Positions 43,003 through 53,149 are shown, counted from the stretch's first letter. The stretch is DNA of 64,000 bases from Collinsella sp. (GCA_019424905.1 JAHYYP010000001.1:26614-90613), one strand, 5' to 3'. Notes: a model not told the origin generated them from the sequence alone. Made by a program: numbers and translations.

Positions 43003-43422
43003 ATGATGCTCGAGAGTGGCAAATTGATGCCTTCGATTGATGCTTGGCTGCGCGAGGCCAAGGCCGATGCTTCGGCGGCAGGCTGTGGGATGTATCTGAC
43101 GCATAACGGTGTGGTGCGCGCGACGCCCAAGGCTGAGGTGCGCGGAGTCGAGACCGGTGGCGTGGCGCCTGGGCATAAGGTGGGCGGCATGGTGTTTGGC
43201 TTCGATGCTCAGAAGGTGCAGGCTGCTATCGAGGCGACGCGTGCGATGCCGGGTATCGGCTATGTGCGTGTGTGGCTGGCAAGCGGCGAGCTTGCCGTAG
43301 GTGACGACATCATGCTCGTGCTCATCGGCGGGGACATTCGCCCACACGTGGTCGATGCGCTGCAGGCGCTCGTTGGCACCATTAAGAACGAATGCGTGAG
43401 TGAGGTCGAGCGCGAGGCGTAG
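43003..43422 (+). CDS. moaE: Molybdopterin synthase catalytic subunit-like (MoaE family)
   Basis: G.....NGVVR, G.L.VGD, IK..C..E.E. Confidence 0.7.
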   Translation: MMLESGKLMPSIDAWLREAKADASAAGCGMYLTHNGVVRATPKAEVRGVETGGVAPGHKVGGMVFGFDAQKVQAAIEATRAMPGIGYVRVWLASGELAVGDDIMLVLIGGDIRPHVVDALQALVGTIKNECVSEVEREA

Positions 43423-43451
43423 AGGCTTGCGTCGATAGAAGGATCGTTTAT

Positions 43452-43491
43452 AAAAATGCCCACCGGTACGTGTGATACCGGCGGGCATTTT
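43452..43491. terminator. Bidirectional terminator
   Basis: AAAAATGCCC.CCGGTA...TACCGG.GGGCATTTT between convergent genes. Confidence 0.7.
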
Positions 43492-43512
43492 GCGTTTTGG
43501 GCGCGGTGGGCG

Positions 43513-44742
43513 CTACACGCGCGTCGCATCCTTGGGGCTCATGGTCATGCTCTGGAAGCGATTTTCCATGTATTCATTATCGAAATACTTGCCGTAGAAC
43601 TGCGCGACTGGAATATCCGGCTCCGTGCCGTTGACGCGCTGGTACCAGTAGTCGAGCGACTGCAGCGTCATGACGCCGTCGACCAGCATAATGACGGTAA
43701 AGATGACGGTAGCCGAGTAGCGGCTCTTCCACGGAATCATGTTGATGAGCTTGAGCAGCCTCGGCAGCAGCAGCTTGATCCAGATAAGGCCACCCAGGCC
43801 CCACAGGCAGGCAAAGCCCGTGCAGGTGCGTCCGCCCGTAAGGACGGCGAGTGGGTCGGGCATGCCGAACAGTTTCATGTGCGAGTAGCTCCACGACACC
43901 ACGCCAAATGAGGTCTGCATAAACCAGCCTACAAACACCTCGAAAGCGCCGCCGATCAGGGCACTTACCAGGAAAATGATCAGAGGATTCTTTTTATAGA
44001 AGCGGTTGAGCGCCATGGTCATGAGCACCGCGCCAAATCCGTAGATGGGGCTAAAGGGGCCAAATAGCATACCGGCCCGGTCCTGATAGACGCCGGGATC
44101 GACGACGACCATATGCCAGACTTCCTCGAGAATGAGACCTAACACGCTGCAGACGAAGAATACCCAGAACAGGTTGAAGTAGTTGAGCTTGATGTAGCCC
44201 TCGCCGGTTTCGTCGCGGCCGAGCATCCCCTCGGCGGCGGCATCGCGGTCGAGCATCTCTTGCAGGCGGCGCTGCAGTTCGCGCTCCTGACGAAGCGTGG
44301 GGTCAACGGTGGCCGAAAGCGCGATGAGGATGCCGAGCTGGATGGCGGGGCGCAACAAGAACGGCCCGATACCCTGGAGCATCACGTCGACCAAAAGCTC
44401 AACGACGGTGAATGCGATAAGGATGTAGGACAGGCGCGCGGCGTTGCGGCGCTGGTTCTTGATGAGGTCCAGGCCGAAGATGATTAAGATGACCGCGCTC
44501 GCCGCCGAGAGCATGATGCCGGCGACGATAAGGCCGACCGCGACGAGCGTGTTGTCGCCGAGCTTGGCGGCGGCGTTGCCATTGATGAGTGCGGTGATGA
44601 CCTGCCACATAAAGGCGGCGACCGACGGGAGCGTGCCCACGCCGGACAGGATGCACAGGGCGGCGTACACCTTAATGATGAGGGGGATCTTCTTGACCTC
44701 CGTGGCGCTGGGGACGCTGGGGTCGAGTTCGTTTCGATCCAT
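43513..44742 (-). CDS. Putative ABC transporter permease family membrane protein (CmpB-like)
   Basis: F..S.LG...E, RAG.L.GPF.PIYG.G, W.YS, G..C.....WG. Confidence 0.8.
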   Translation of the reverse strand: MDRNELDPSVPSATEVKKIPLIIKVYAALCILSGVGTLPSVAAFMWQVITALINGNAAAKLGDNTLVAVGLIVAGIMLSAASAVILIIFGLDLIKNQRRNAARLSYILIAFTVVELLVDVMLQGIGPFLLRPAIQLGILIALSATVDPTLRQERELQRRLQEMLDRDAAAEGMLGRDETGEGYIKLNYFNLFWVFFVCSVLGLILEEVWHMVVVDPGVYQDRAGMLFGPFSPIYGFGAVLMTMALNRFYKKNPLIIFLVSALIGGAFEVFVGWFMQTSFGVVSWSYSHMKLFGMPDPLAVLTGGRTCTGFACLWGLGGLIWIKLLLPRLLKLINMIPWKSRYSATVIFTVIMLVDGVMTLQSLDYWYQRVNGTEPDIPVAQFYGKYFDNEYMENRFQSMTMSPKDATRV

Positions 44743-45027
44743 ACAGAACCTTTCTCGCTTTGTTGTAGGTTATAAGGATACGCCGCCGACCTGCCAAAAG
44801 ACAGGACGAACGTCCCAATTGCAACAATGCAACCCTCAACGGTGGACGCGGCGGCCACCTGGGGGCGTGGGCGCTTGCACTGGACAGACCAATAAAATGT
44901 TAGGCCGCAAAACGGATTATTAGCTCGGTGGGCTTTTAAAAAGCGCTGCTCATGCGCGGGGGAGCGCGTCGCGCCGTGCGTATAATAAGGCGGGTAACGC
45001 CAAAATACGAGGCTCTGAGGGGATGCC

Positions 45028-46698
45028 ATGTCTCAAGAAACCATCCGCGCGGCCGAGCGTGCCGCGGGACAGGTGAACGCCATGTCGACGTATGATCCGG
45101 ACTCTGACCAGCTGCATGAGGAATGCGGCGTTTTTGGTGTCTGGGCGCCCGATCGCGACGTGGCTCGACTGACGTACTTTGGCCTGCGTGCACTGCAGCA
45201 CCGTGGCCAAGAATCGGCGGGAATCGCTGTTGGTGACGGCGGTACGGTTATGGTCCGCAAGGATCTGGGCCTGCTCGACCGCGTGTTCTCCAATGCCGAC
45301 TTGTCGACGCTCTCCGGTCAGCTGGCCGTGGGCCATGTGCGCTACGGCACCGCCGGCGCCAAGAGCTGGGAAGCCTCTCAGCCGCACCTCTCTACCATCA
45401 ATAGCGTCATTATCGCGCTCGCGCACAACGGCACCCTCGTCAACACCGACGAGCTGCGCCGCCAGCTGATCGAGTTGGGCGTGCCGTTCCTCTCCAACTC
45501 GGATTCCGAGGTCGCGACCAAACTCATCGGCTACTTTACTCAGCGTACAGGCCATCTGCGCGAGGGCATTCGCAAGACCATGGAGCTCGTGCGCGGCGGC
45601 TACGCCATGACGCTCATCAACGAGCAGGCGCTCTACGCATTCCGCGACCCGCACGGCATTCGCCCGCTGGTGCTGGGCAAGCTCGTGGACGAGGGCCTGG
45701 ACCAGGCCGATGCCGCATCCGTTTCGCAGCTGCCGTCGCAGGACGGCGCCGCGACGGTCGACGCCACCACCCATGTCACCCGCGCCGGCGGCTGGGTCGT
45801 CGCTTCCGAGACTTGTGCGCTCGACATTGTGGGCGCCGAGTACGTCCGCGACGTCCGTCCCGGTGAGATTTTGCGCATCAGCGCCGAGGGCCTTGTGTCC
45901 GAGCAGGGCGTGCCTGCCGCCGAAGAGCCTGCTAACTGCATCTTTGAGCAGGTCTACTTTGCCCGCCCCGACTCCATCATGAACGGCAAGAGCGTCTACG
46001 CCTGCCGTTATGACATGGGTCGTCAGCTGGCACATGAGGAGCCCGTCGAGGCCGACCTGGTCATCGGCGTGCCCGACTCCGGCCTGCCGCCCGCGGAGGG
46101 GTATTCGCACGAGAGCGGTATTCCCTTTGGCGAGGGCCTTATCAAGAACCGCTACGTGGGCCGTACGTTTATCGAGCCTACGCAGGAGTTGCGCGCCATG
46201 GGCGTGCGCATGAAGCTCAACCCGCTGCGCGACAACATCGAGGGCAAGCGCCTGGTCGTCATCGACGACTCCATTGTGCGCGGTACCACCATGGTGCAGC
46301 TCGTCAAGATGCTGCGCAACGCCGGCGCCAAGGAGATTCACATCCGCATCAACTCGCCCGAGGTCATCTGGCCGTGTTTCTACGGCATCGATACCGATGT
46401 GCAGTCGCAGCTTATCAGCGCCAACAAGACGGTCGAGGAGATCTGCGAGTATATCGGCGCCGATTCGCTGGCCTTCCTTTCGGTTGAGGGCCTGCTGAAG
46501 GTCATGCCCAAGGGCGGCTACTGCGATGCGTGCTTTACCGGCCGTTATCCCGTGGCGATTCCCGAGAGCTTTGGCCGCGACAAGTTTATGGAGGGCTTTA
46601 AGCCTCGCAACCTGGATAAGCCGCTGCACTTTGACGATGACGCCGTGGTCGAGAAATACGATGACCGCAGCTGGGAAGAGAAGCACGGCGAGGCCTAA
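45028..46698 (+). CDS. purF: Amidophosphoribosyltransferase (propeptide, Fe-S type)
   Basis: EECGVFG, LQHRGQE, GHVRY, DDSIVRGTT; Cys ligands CIFE, PCFYG, CDAC; start may be 45082. Confidence 0.96.
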   Translation: MSQETIRAAERAAGQVNAMSTYDPDSDQLHEECGVFGVWAPDRDVARLTYFGLRALQHRGQESAGIAVGDGGTVMVRKDLGLLDRVFSNADLSTLSGQLAVGHVRYGTAGAKSWEASQPHLSTINSVIIALAHNGTLVNTDELRRQLIELGVPFLSNSDSEVATKLIGYFTQRTGHLREGIRKTMELVRGGYAMTLINEQALYAFRDPHGIRPLVLGKLVDEGLDQADAASVSQLPSQDGAATVDATTHVTRAGGWVVASETCALDIVGAEYVRDVRPGEILRISAEGLVSEQGVPAAEEPANCIFEQVYFARPDSIMNGKSVYACRYDMGRQLAHEEPVEADLVIGVPDSGLPPAEGYSHESGIPFGEGLIKNRYVGRTFIEPTQELRAMGVRMKLNPLRDNIEGKRLVVIDDSIVRGTTMVQLVKMLRNAGAKEIHIRINSPEVIWPCFYGIDTDVQSQLISANKTVEEICEYIGADSLAFLSVEGLLKVMPKGGYCDACFTGRYPVAIPESFGRDKFMEGFKPRNLDKPLHFDDDAVVEKYDDRSWEEKHGEA

Positions 46699-46868
46699 AC
46701 CTGCCATTCAGGGACATGCCATTTAGGGACAGGTTTATTATGGTAGGTTTTACCTGCTGTTTTGTTGATTGATCGGCGCGCGTTGCCAGAATGTGCGCCG
46801 AATCGAGGACAACTATGAGCACTGTTTGGCGTCTGCGCGTCAAGCAGTAGTGGGAGAGGAAGGCTCAG

Positions 46869-47972
46869 ATGAGCGACAGCAAGCATGTGACGTATGAGGA
46901 TGCCGGCGTCGATACCGCCGAGGGCGGCCGCGCCGTCGACGCTATTAAGCAAATGGTTAAGGACACCAACCGCCCCGAGGTCATCGGCGGTATCGGTGGC
47001 TTTGGCGGCCTGTTCTCGGCCGCCGCGCTTAAGGATATGGAAGACCCGATCCTGATCAGCGGTACCGACGGCGTGGGCACCAAGCTCGTGCTCGCCCAGA
47101 TCATGGACCGTCACGAGACGGTGGGCCAGGACCTGGTCGCCATGTGCGTCAACGACATCTTGGCATCGGGCGCCGAGCCGCTGTTCTTCCTGGACTACGT
47201 TGCCATCGGCCACATCGAGGCCGAGCACATGGCAAAGATCATCAAGGGCGTGGCCGACGGCTGCAAGCTCGCGGGCTGCGCACTCGTGGGCGGCGAGATG
47301 GCCGAGCACCCCGGCGTTATGGCTCCCACCGACTACGACCTCGCCGGCTTTACCGTGGGCGTCGTCGACCGTCCCAAGATGCTCGACCCCGCGAGCGTCC
47401 GCCCCGGCGACGTGATTCTGGGCCTGCCTTCTACCGGCGTGCACTCCAACGGCTACTCGCTGGTGCGTAAGGTCATCGGCGTCGACGGCATCAAGCCGGG
47501 CACGCCCGAGGCCGCTGCTAAGGCCGAGGAGCTGAGCCGCCCGCTCGAGGAGCTCGGCGGCGCATCGCTGGCCGACGCTCTGCTGGCCCCCACGCGCATC
47601 TACGTCAAGCCGGTTCTTGAGCTGCTGCGCGGTGGCGCTCCGGTGCACGCCATTGCCCACATCACCGGCGGCGGCATCACCGAGAACCTCAACCGCGCGC
47701 TTGCCGACGACGTCGACGCCGTGGTCACCCGCAACGGCGCCGAGATGGGTTGGGACGTTCCGCCCGTCATCACCTACGTGTCGCGCCAGGCCGAGCTCGC
47801 GCCCAACGAGGCATGCAAGACTTTCAACATGGGTGTCGGCCTGTGCCTGATCGTCGCCCCCGAGGACGAGGCTGCGGTAACCGAGGCCCTGGTCGCGCTG
47901 GGCGAGAAGCCGTTCCGCGTGGGCGAGTGCGTCGAGGGTTCCGGTAAGGTCGTGTACTCCGATGAGCGCTAA
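46869..47972 (+). CDS. purM: AIR synthetase
   Basis: Y..AGVD, GGFGGLF, TDGVGTK, HSNGYSL, HITGGG, TFNMG. Confidence 0.97.
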   Translation: MSDSKHVTYEDAGVDTAEGGRAVDAIKQMVKDTNRPEVIGGIGGFGGLFSAAALKDMEDPILISGTDGVGTKLVLAQIMDRHETVGQDLVAMCVNDILASGAEPLFFLDYVAIGHIEAEHMAKIIKGVADGCKLAGCALVGGEMAEHPGVMAPTDYDLAGFTVGVVDRPKMLDPASVRPGDVILGLPSTGVHSNGYSLVRKVIGVDGIKPGTPEAAAKAEELSRPLEELGGASLADALLAPTRIYVKPVLELLRGGAPVHAIAHITGGGITENLNRALADDVDAVVTRNGAEMGWDVPPVITYVSRQAELAPNEACKTFNMGVGLCLIVAPEDEAAVTEALVALGEKPFRVGECVEGSGKVVYSDER

Positions 47973-48663
47973 CGAGCAGATGGCTGCCGCCGAGGGCCTG
48001 GACTTTGTGCCCTATACTCGTCCGACTGACACCGATACGGCCGAGCCGCTCAAGATCGGTGTGCTCATCAGCGGCTCCGGCACCAATCTGCAGGCGCTGA
48101 TCGACCTGATTGCCGCCGGCAAGCTCAATGCCTCGATTGAGCTCGTGGTGTCGAGCCGTCCTTCGGCCAAGGGACTGCAGCGTGCTGAGCGCGCGGGCAT
48201 CCAGACGCTTACGCTGTCCAAGGATGTCTATGCCGATCCCATCGCCGCTGACGAGATCATCGCGCACGAGCTGCTCGAGCGCGGCTGCGAATATGTGGTC
48301 ATGGCCGGCTACATGCGCATGGTGCACACGCCTCTGCTAGCGGCGTTTCCCAACCGCGTGGTCAACTTGCATCCGGCGCTGCTGCCGAGCTTTACCGGCG
48401 CGCATGCGATCGACGATGCCTTTGCGCGCGGCGTCAAGGTAACTGGTGTGACCGTGCATTTTGCCAACGAGATCTACGACAACGGCCCCATCATCGCCCA
48501 GCGCGCGCTGGCTGTCGAGGAAGGTTGGGATGTCGACACGCTCGAGGAGCACATCCACGCGATTGAGCATGTGCTGTATCCCGAGGTCGTGCAGATGCTC
48601 GCCGACGGCCGCGTCCACGTGCTGGAGAGCGGCAAAGTGGCAATTGATGCACCTCGCGGCTAG
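47962..48663 (+). CDS. purN: GAR transformylase
   Basis: ISGSGTNLQAL, MAGYMR, NLHPALLP, GVTVHF, D.GPII. Confidence 0.97.
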   Translation: MSANEQMAAAEGLDFVPYTRPTDTDTAEPLKIGVLISGSGTNLQALIDLIAAGKLNASIELVVSSRPSAKGLQRAERAGIQTLTLSKDVYADPIAADEIIAHELLERGCEYVVMAGYMRMVHTPLLAAFPNRVVNLHPALLPSFTGAHAIDDAFARGVKVTGVTVHFANEIYDNGPIIAQRALAVEEGWDVDTLEEHIHAIEHVLYPEVVQMLADGRVHVLESGKVAIDAPRG

Positions 48664-48694
48664 CGGTGCACAGTACAATTTAGCCGAGTAGTCA

Positions 48695-48738
48695 GGGTGG
48701 TCATTGGCGCCAAGGCGCGCGTGGCCACCTTTTGTTTT
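48695..48738 (+). terminator. Terminator after purN
   Basis: GGTGGTCA...TGGCCACC followed by TTTTGTTTT. Confidence 0.55.
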
Positions 48739-48788
48739 GGGTAGTCATCGGGGACGTTCCTGAATGACTAGGTGAGAGAGGTGAGCGC

Positions 48789-49253
48789 ATGGCGGATAAC
48801 GAAGCGCTGTTTACGCCTGAGCTGGTGTTTTTTGATTGGGAGTGTGCGACGCCGGGTGAGGTGTTTGCGCAACTCGAGAGTGAGCTTGCTCCGCGCGGCT
48901 ACATTGCCGACGGTTGGCTCGACGCCGTTCGCACGCGCGAGGATGCCTATCCCACGGGTCTTGCCATGCCGGCGGCAAACATTGCCATTCCGCATACCGA
49001 TCCGGGGTTTGTGGCCAAGCCCTATATCGCGGTGGTGAAGCCCGCCGCGCCCGTGACATTCAACGCTATGGCTGGCATGGGCGCTCCGGTGCCGGCGCAG
49101 ATCGTCATCAATCTGGGCATCGCCGAGCCGGGCGGCCAGGTCGAGGCCCTGCAGGCGCTCATGAACATCTTTATGGACGCCGATGCCGCAGCCGACGTGC
49201 TCGGCCAGACCACGTCCCAGGGTATGGTCGACGCCATCCGCCGTCACTTCTAA
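48789..49253 (+). CDS. PTS EIIA domain protein (fructose/galactitol type), orphan
   Basis: RE..YPTGL, IAIPHTD phospho-His motif, F..M. Confidence 0.9.
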   Translation: MADNEALFTPELVFFDWECATPGEVFAQLESELAPRGYIADGWLDAVRTREDAYPTGLAMPAANIAIPHTDPGFVAKPYIAVVKPAAPVTFNAMAGMGAPVPAQIVINLGIAEPGGQVEALQALMNIFMDADAAADVLGQTTSQGMVDAIRRHF

Positions 49254-49266
49254 GGTGGGGCTGAGT

Positions 49267-49365
49267 CGGCACTTGGGGACGTTCCTTTTCTGCCGGCAGT
49301 AAGGGACGGTCCCCAAGTGCCGGCATATAAAGAACGTCCCCAAGTGCCACATCTGTCCCCTTTGC
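49267..49365. repeat. Cluster of GGGAC-core REP-like units
   Basis: GGCACTTGGGGAC at 49268 with reverse complements GTCCCCAAGTGCC at 49309 and 49336. Confidence 0.75.
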
Positions 49366-49470
49366 ACCAAAATGGTGCAGATTAACCTGCCCCCAATGCA
49401 CCAAGCGTGCCGCGGGGGCCGCGTTGTGACACAATGGCGTTTGTTCGATTCGTTATGCGAAAGGCCAACT

Positions 49471-50691
49471 ATGGCAAATAAGAAAAAGAACCCTGCGCCC
49501 GAGCCGACGCCCGAGCAGCAGGCTCGCGCTGCCTCCAGCTCTCGCAAGAAGCAGCGCAAGACGTACGTGTCTAAGACCGTCAAGATCGTCCTGGTGGTCA
49601 TCGGCGTGCTGGCGATGCTGCTTTCCGTCTCGGCGATGGCGTGCTCCGGCCTTATGTCGCAGGCCGAGGACGCCTCGGGCTACAAGCTGACCGGCGGTGT
49701 TGCTGCAACTATCAACGGCACCAACCTCACCGAGGACACCGTGACCAAGCAGATCATGAGCATGCGCACGTCCTACGGCTACACCAAGGATAAGGATTGG
49801 GCGCAGTATCTGGTTGACAACGACCTCACGCCCAAGAAGTACCGCAAGCAACTCATCGACTCCTACACGCAGCAGATTCTGCTTCAACAGGCACAGAAGG
49901 AGAACGGCGTGACGGTGTCTGACGAGGAGGTCGAGAAGGCTTGGAAGGACGCGTGCAAGAGCGCGGGCGGCGCCAAGGCCTTTAAGAAGACCCTCAAGAC
50001 CTACGGCTATACCGAGGACACCTACAAGGACTCACTCAAGGAGAGTCTGGCGCAGCAGAAACTCAAGGATGCCGTCGCGCCCACGAGCAAGCCCAAGGAC
50101 AGCGAGATTGTCGATTACATCAACGAAAACCTGTCCAGCTACAACGACGCCCGCCGCTCGTCGAACATCCTGATCAAGGTTGATTCTGACGCTTCCGACG
50201 AGGACAAGGCTGCCGCCAAGGCCAAGGCGCAGGAGTGCCTGGACAAGATCAACTCCGGTGAGCTGAGCTTTGAGGACGCCGTTGAGCAGTACTCCGAGGA
50301 CACCGGTTCCAAGGAGAAGAAGGGCGATGTGGGCTGGGATAAGCTCACCACTTTCGTCGACAGCTACCAGACGGCGCTCGAGGGACTCAACAAGGGCGAC
50401 GTGAGCGAAGTCGTCGAGTCGACCTATGGCTACCACATCATCAAGTGCACCGACTACTTCCATGTCGATAATCAGGTTGATGACATCAACCAGGTGCCCA
50501 AGGACATCAAAAAGTACGTCTCCAACGTGGTGAAGACGCAAGCGGCCAGCACCGCGTACAGCGAGTGGCTGGAGCAGTACAAGAAGGATGCCGACATCAC
50601 CGTCAACCCCATGCCCAAGGACGTACCCTATAACGTGAGTCTGAAGGGTGTCACCAAGAGTTCGACCGACGATTCGTCGAAGACTGAGTAA
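49471..50691 (+). CDS. PrsA/SurA-like peptidyl-prolyl isomerase (parvulin)
   Basis: N-terminal TM; S.ILI, F......SED.GS....GD+GW, VES.YGYHII. Confidence 0.9.
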   Translation: MANKKKNPAPEPTPEQQARAASSSRKKQRKTYVSKTVKIVLVVIGVLAMLLSVSAMACSGLMSQAEDASGYKLTGGVAATINGTNLTEDTVTKQIMSMRTSYGYTKDKDWAQYLVDNDLTPKKYRKQLIDSYTQQILLQQAQKENGVTVSDEEVEKAWKDACKSAGGAKAFKKTLKTYGYTEDTYKDSLKESLAQQKLKDAVAPTSKPKDSEIVDYINENLSSYNDARRSSNILIKVDSDASDEDKAAAKAKAQECLDKINSGELSFEDAVEQYSEDTGSKEKKGDVGWDKLTTFVDSYQTALEGLNKGDVSEVVESTYGYHIIKCTDYFHVDNQVDDINQVPKDIKKYVSNVVKTQAASTAYSEWLEQYKKDADITVNPMPKDVPYNVSLKGVTKSSTDDSSKTE

Positions 50692-50745
50692 CCATGGGGC
50701 GGTGCTCGCGTGAGTGCCGCCCACGCTATTAGAGAGGATTTGCAG

Positions 50746-51189
50746 ATGACCAACGAAGAGCTGCAGAAAGAAATGATCGCGGCCATGAAGGCCAAGGACA
50801 AGGTTCGCCTGTCCATCATTCGCCAGGTCAAGGCCGAGGTGAAGAATATCGAGGTTAACGAGCGCCGCGATGTGACCGAGGAAGACGTCAACAGCATGAT
50901 CAAGCGTCTGATCAAGCAGACGAGCGAGACGCTGGAGATGTCCATCAAGGCCGGCACCGACCAGGAGCGTACCGACAACCTGACCGAGCAGGTCAAGATT
51001 CTGGAGAGCCTGCTGCCCGCGCAGGTTTCGGGCGAGGAGCTCGAGGCCCTGATCGAGCAGGTCATCGCCGAGCTGGGCGCTACTTCCAAGAAGCAGATGG
51101 GCCAGGTCATGGGAGCACTCGGCAAGGCCACCGGCGGCAACTTCGATAAGCCGGCCGCGGCAAAGATCGTCGGAGCCAAACTCGCGTAA
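50746..51189 (+). CDS. GatB/YqeY domain protein
   Basis: M..AMKAKDKVRLS.IR, LP.Q+S.EEL, K.MG.VMG. Confidence 0.92.
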   Translation: MTNEELQKEMIAAMKAKDKVRLSIIRQVKAEVKNIEVNERRDVTEEDVNSMIKRLIKQTSETLEMSIKAGTDQERTDNLTEQVKILESLLPAQVSGEELEALIEQVIAELGATSKKQMGQVMGALGKATGGNFDKPAAAKIVGAKLA

Positions 51190-51233
51190 TTTGTTACGCG
51201 GTTTTACCAAACCGCGTAACGGCTCGACGCTGC

Positions 51234-51332
51234 AAACCCGTACACGCGGCAATCTGACGTTCAATTTCAAGGGCGCGACCATAAGGTCTGCGCCCTTTCA
51301 TTTCACGTCACCTTGCTCGCGTGTACGGGTTT
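51234..51332. repeat. Long imperfect hairpin with TC/TC (minus-strand GA/GA) mismatches
   Basis: Arms AAACCCGTACACGCG and CGCGTGTACGGGTTT with nested stems. Confidence 0.75.
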
Positions 51333-51508
51333 TCGCTGACTTATGCTCAACAAGGGCGGTTGGGCGCTCACTGGGGACAGACTTAAATGAGTGCCCAATG
51401 AGTGGGTTAAAGGTTGCGGGTTCTTTACGGGAATGTAGTGTGGGCTGCGGAAACGCGGTTCTTTCCGTACAATAGTTCAACTCGTGTAAACGCAGGGAAG
51501 GGACATTC

Positions 51509-52240
51509 ATGGCAGACATGATCGAGATCAAGCATCTCAACAAGTACTTTGGCGACCTGCATGTGCTCAAAGATATCAATCTCACCGTCAAGCGCGGCGA
51601 GAAGCTCGTAATGATCGGGCCTTCCGGTTCGGGTAAGTCGACGCTCATCCGTTGCGTCGATTATCTGGAGGAGCCCACGTCGGGCGAGGTCGTCATCGAC
51701 GGTACGCCGCTCACCAAAAAGAATCACCTGGAGATGGCTCGCAAGTATAGCTCTATGGTGTTTCAGCAGTTCAACCTGTATCCCAACATGACGGTGCTGG
51801 GCAACCTGACGCTCGCGCCCATCAAACTGCAAAAGAAGAGCAAGGAGGAGGCGACCGAGATCGCCATCGCTGCGCTCAAGCGCGTCGGCATGGCGCATAA
51901 GGCCGGCGAGTATCCGCAGAATCTCTCGGGTGGTCAGCAGCAGCGCATCGCCATCGCCCGTGCCCTGTGCACCAAGCAGCCCATCATCCTGTTTGACGAA
52001 CCGACCTCGGCACTCGACCCCGAGATGGTCCAGGAGGTTCTGGACGTTATGATCGAGCTTGCGCAGGAAGATATCACCATGATCTGCGTGACGCACGAGA
52101 TGGGCTTTGCACGCCAGGTGGCCGACCGCGTCATCTTTATGGAGGACGGCCGCATCCTGGAGGAGGGCACGCCCGAGCACTTCTTCGATAACCCCGAGAA
52201 CCCGCGCTGCCGCGAGTTCCTGTCCAAGATTCTGCACTAG
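51509..52240 (+). CDS. Polar amino acid ABC transporter ATPase (GlnQ-like)
   Basis: [35 protein letters not shown]. Confidence 0.95.
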   Translation: MADMIEIKHLNKYFGDLHVLKDINLTVKRGEKLVMIGPSGSGKSTLIRCVDYLEEPTSGEVVIDGTPLTKKNHLEMARKYSSMVFQQFNLYPNMTVLGNLTLAPIKLQKKSKEEATEIAIAALKRVGMAHKAGEYPQNLSGGQQQRIAIARALCTKQPIILFDEPTSALDPEMVQEVLDVMIELAQEDITMICVTHEMGFARQVADRVIFMEDGRILEEGTPEHFFDNPENPRCREFLSKILH

Positions 52241-52254
52241 GCGCGGTGATGGAC

Positions 52255-53124
52255 ATGACGGATATGACGAGGGCGGCCGTGTCGCGCCGTCACTTTTTGC
52301 AGCTGGCGGGCGCCGGCATGCTCGCGTTGACGGGGACCGCGCTTACCGGTTGTGGCAACTCCACCAGTGGCGAGGGCTCCGACAAGGGGTCCAAGCTTGC
52401 GGCCATTAAGTCGCGTGGCCATCTGAATGCCGGCGTTAAGAAGGATGTTCCCGGCTACGGCTATTACGACACCGCCAAGGGCCGCTTTGAGGGCATGGAA
52501 GTCGATTTGTGCTACCAGATCGCCGCTGCCGTCTTCGGCGTGAGCTACAAGGAGGCCCGCGCCCAGGAGCTTGTCGAGTTTACCGACGTAACGCCCAAGA
52601 CGCGCGGCCCACTGATCGATAACGGCCAGCTCGACGTGGTCGCGGCGACCTACACCATCACCGACGAGCGCAAGAAGAGCTGGGATTTTTCGACGCCGTA
52701 CCGCACCGACTACGTGGGACTCATGGTCAAGAAACGTTCGGGCTTTACCTCGATTGAGGACCTGGACGGCAAGGTTATTGGCGTGAGCCAGGGTGCCACC
52801 ACGCAGGGCCTGATCGAGCAGATGATCAAGGACAACGGCTTTAGCTGCAAGCCCGAGTTTAGGGCCTTTAGCGGCTATCCCATCATCAAGAGTTCGCTCG
52901 ACGCCGGCAATATCGACGTCTTTGCCATGGACCGCTCCACGCTGGCCGGTTACATGAACGAGACCGTTGAGCTGCTGCAGCCCGAGGTCAAGTTTGGCGA
53001 GCAGGGCTACGGCGTGGCGACCAAGAAGGGCTGCGACCTTTCGGCTGTGGTCGATCAGGTAGTTTGCGATCGCCTGGCCGATGGCTGGCTCGACCAAGAG
53101 GTCAAGACCTGGGGTCTTGTATAG
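52255..53124 (+). CDS. Polar amino acid ABC substrate-binding lipoprotein (Glu/Asp/Gln type)
   Basis: SRRHFL twin-Arg and LTGC lipobox; GVK.DVP, ATYTITDERK; start uncertain. Confidence 0.9.
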   Translation: MTDMTRAAVSRRHFLQLAGAGMLALTGTALTGCGNSTSGEGSDKGSKLAAIKSRGHLNAGVKKDVPGYGYYDTAKGRFEGMEVDLCYQIAAAVFGVSYKEARAQELVEFTDVTPKTRGPLIDNGQLDVVAATYTITDERKKSWDFSTPYRTDYVGLMVKKRSGFTSIEDLDGKVIGVSQGATTQGLIEQMIKDNGFSCKPEFRAFSGYPIIKSSLDAGNIDVFAMDRSTLAGYMNETVELLQPEVKFGEQGYGVATKKGCDLSAVVDQVVCDRLADGWLDQEVKTWGLV

Positions 53125-53149
53125 GCGCATCGTCCAAGGAAGGAATCAA

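Noticed and set aside
44780..44890. Possible ZMP/ZTP or other riboswitch upstream of purF (GGTGG...CCACCTGGGGGCG)
   Set aside because: Lacks the GACTGGCG and CGCCTGGGC elements and lies upstream of the likely purF -10 (TATAAT near 44981)
45679..45790. About 30-aa insertion in PurF
   Set aside because: Low-complexity surface-loop insertion with catalytic motifs intact; probably neutral
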